From Rhodospirillales bacterium (lineage in GTDB: Bacteria; Pseudomonadota; Alphaproteobacteria; UBA828): a stretch of 64,000 bases of DNA. The stretch is from assembly GCA_028818855.1 (NCBI GenBank), contig JAPPMY010000192.1:31119-95118 (forward strand). Direction: 5' to 3'. Of this stretch, positions 63,605 through 64,000 are shown one piece after another. The notes beneath the pieces were generated by a model that was not told the origin of the DNA, did not search any database, and saw nothing but the letters and a program-made list of their open reading frames with translations. How positions within the stretch are numbered: the stretch's first letter is position 1; the number at the start of each line of letters is the position of its first letter. The position numbers and the translations under genes were made by a program.

Positions 63605-63985
63605 CTAAAGCGCACAATTCCCGGCCTCGGAATTGCATACGGTCGGTAGCTCTGCAGTTTCATGGTGTACCCTCCGTCGGCACCATCGGAGGGACCGGGC
63701 GGATGTGCCGGTGGCAGTTGGCTCCATGGTGCCGGACACCGTGGCAATCAGCTTCAACAACGTGGCGGACTGACTTGCCTCCGTCGACTGGCTCGACAGA
63801 CCGTCTTCGATCTCGCGCAGCGATGCCGCGCCCGAGAGTTGGCCGTAAAGCAGCGCCAGAAACTGATCGCGCGTGCGAAGCCGGCGAACCCGACGGTCCG
63901 GACCGTGCCGTGACACGGCATCGTCGAACGCCGCCCACGGAATGTGCTTCGTCAACTGATGAAAGACGCTATTCTGGTGCTGCAT
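63605..63985 (-). mobile_element. IS4-family (DUF4372-type N-terminus) transposase, N-terminal part only
   Basis: ATG at 63985 is preceded by GGAGG. MQHQNSVFHQLTKHIPWAAFDDAVSRHGPDRRVRRLRTRDQFLALLYGQLSGAASLREIEDGL matches the conserved DUF4372 N-terminus. Similarity fades after about 75 aa. The ORF ends where the low-GC DNA begins, and no DDE domain is present. Confidence 0.5.
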
Positions 63986-64000
63986 GACATTGACCTCCGT

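Overview
By eye this is a high-GC window (roughly two-thirds G+C, not computed) with an alphaproteobacterial gene repertoire. I found no rRNA, tRNA or CRISPR array. Positions 1-41.2 kb are mostly ordinary metabolism and transport. They hold a minus-strand operon encoding a split PEP-synthase-like phosphotransferase plus an acyl-CoA ligase, then surE and a Liv-type amino-acid ABC system. Next come two acetoacetate-decarboxylase-family paralogs, a molybdopterin oxidoreductase and an Fe(3+)-type ABC system followed by two tandem TbpB-like lipoproteins. The region ends with an amidase, a peptide-type ABC system with hydantoinase A/B and a racemase under an XRE-cupin regulator, an amidohydrolase, an acyl-CoA dehydrogenase and a CoA-transferase pair. 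A small low-GC scar at 35.1-36.4 kb carries IS and antitoxin remnants. The most interesting part is 41.2-62.2 kb. Two same-orientation copies of an unclassified ~470-bp non-coding element bracket about 20 kb. That 20 kb contains mobile-element debris (FN3, HigA, relaxase and IstB fragments), an AlkB-like/GlnE-like fusion protein and a complete RiPP gene cluster. The cluster has an NHLP-type precursor whose predicted core is only six residues (LCCCGL) and a fused E1-like/YcaO cyclodehydratase. It also encodes two SAM methyltransferases, a PCMH-type FAD oxidase, an MMPL/RND exporter, a 404-aa unknown protein and the HlyD + C39-ABC + ABC export trio. No SagB/McbC-type dehydrogenase is visible. 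The last 1.8 kb is low-GC mosaic DNA with pseudogenes and a truncated IS4-family transposase. CDS coordinates come from the supplied ORF track, with starts refined by residue counting. Repeat and motif coordinates are hand-derived and may be off by a few nt. All family assignments rest on motif recognition, not on searches.
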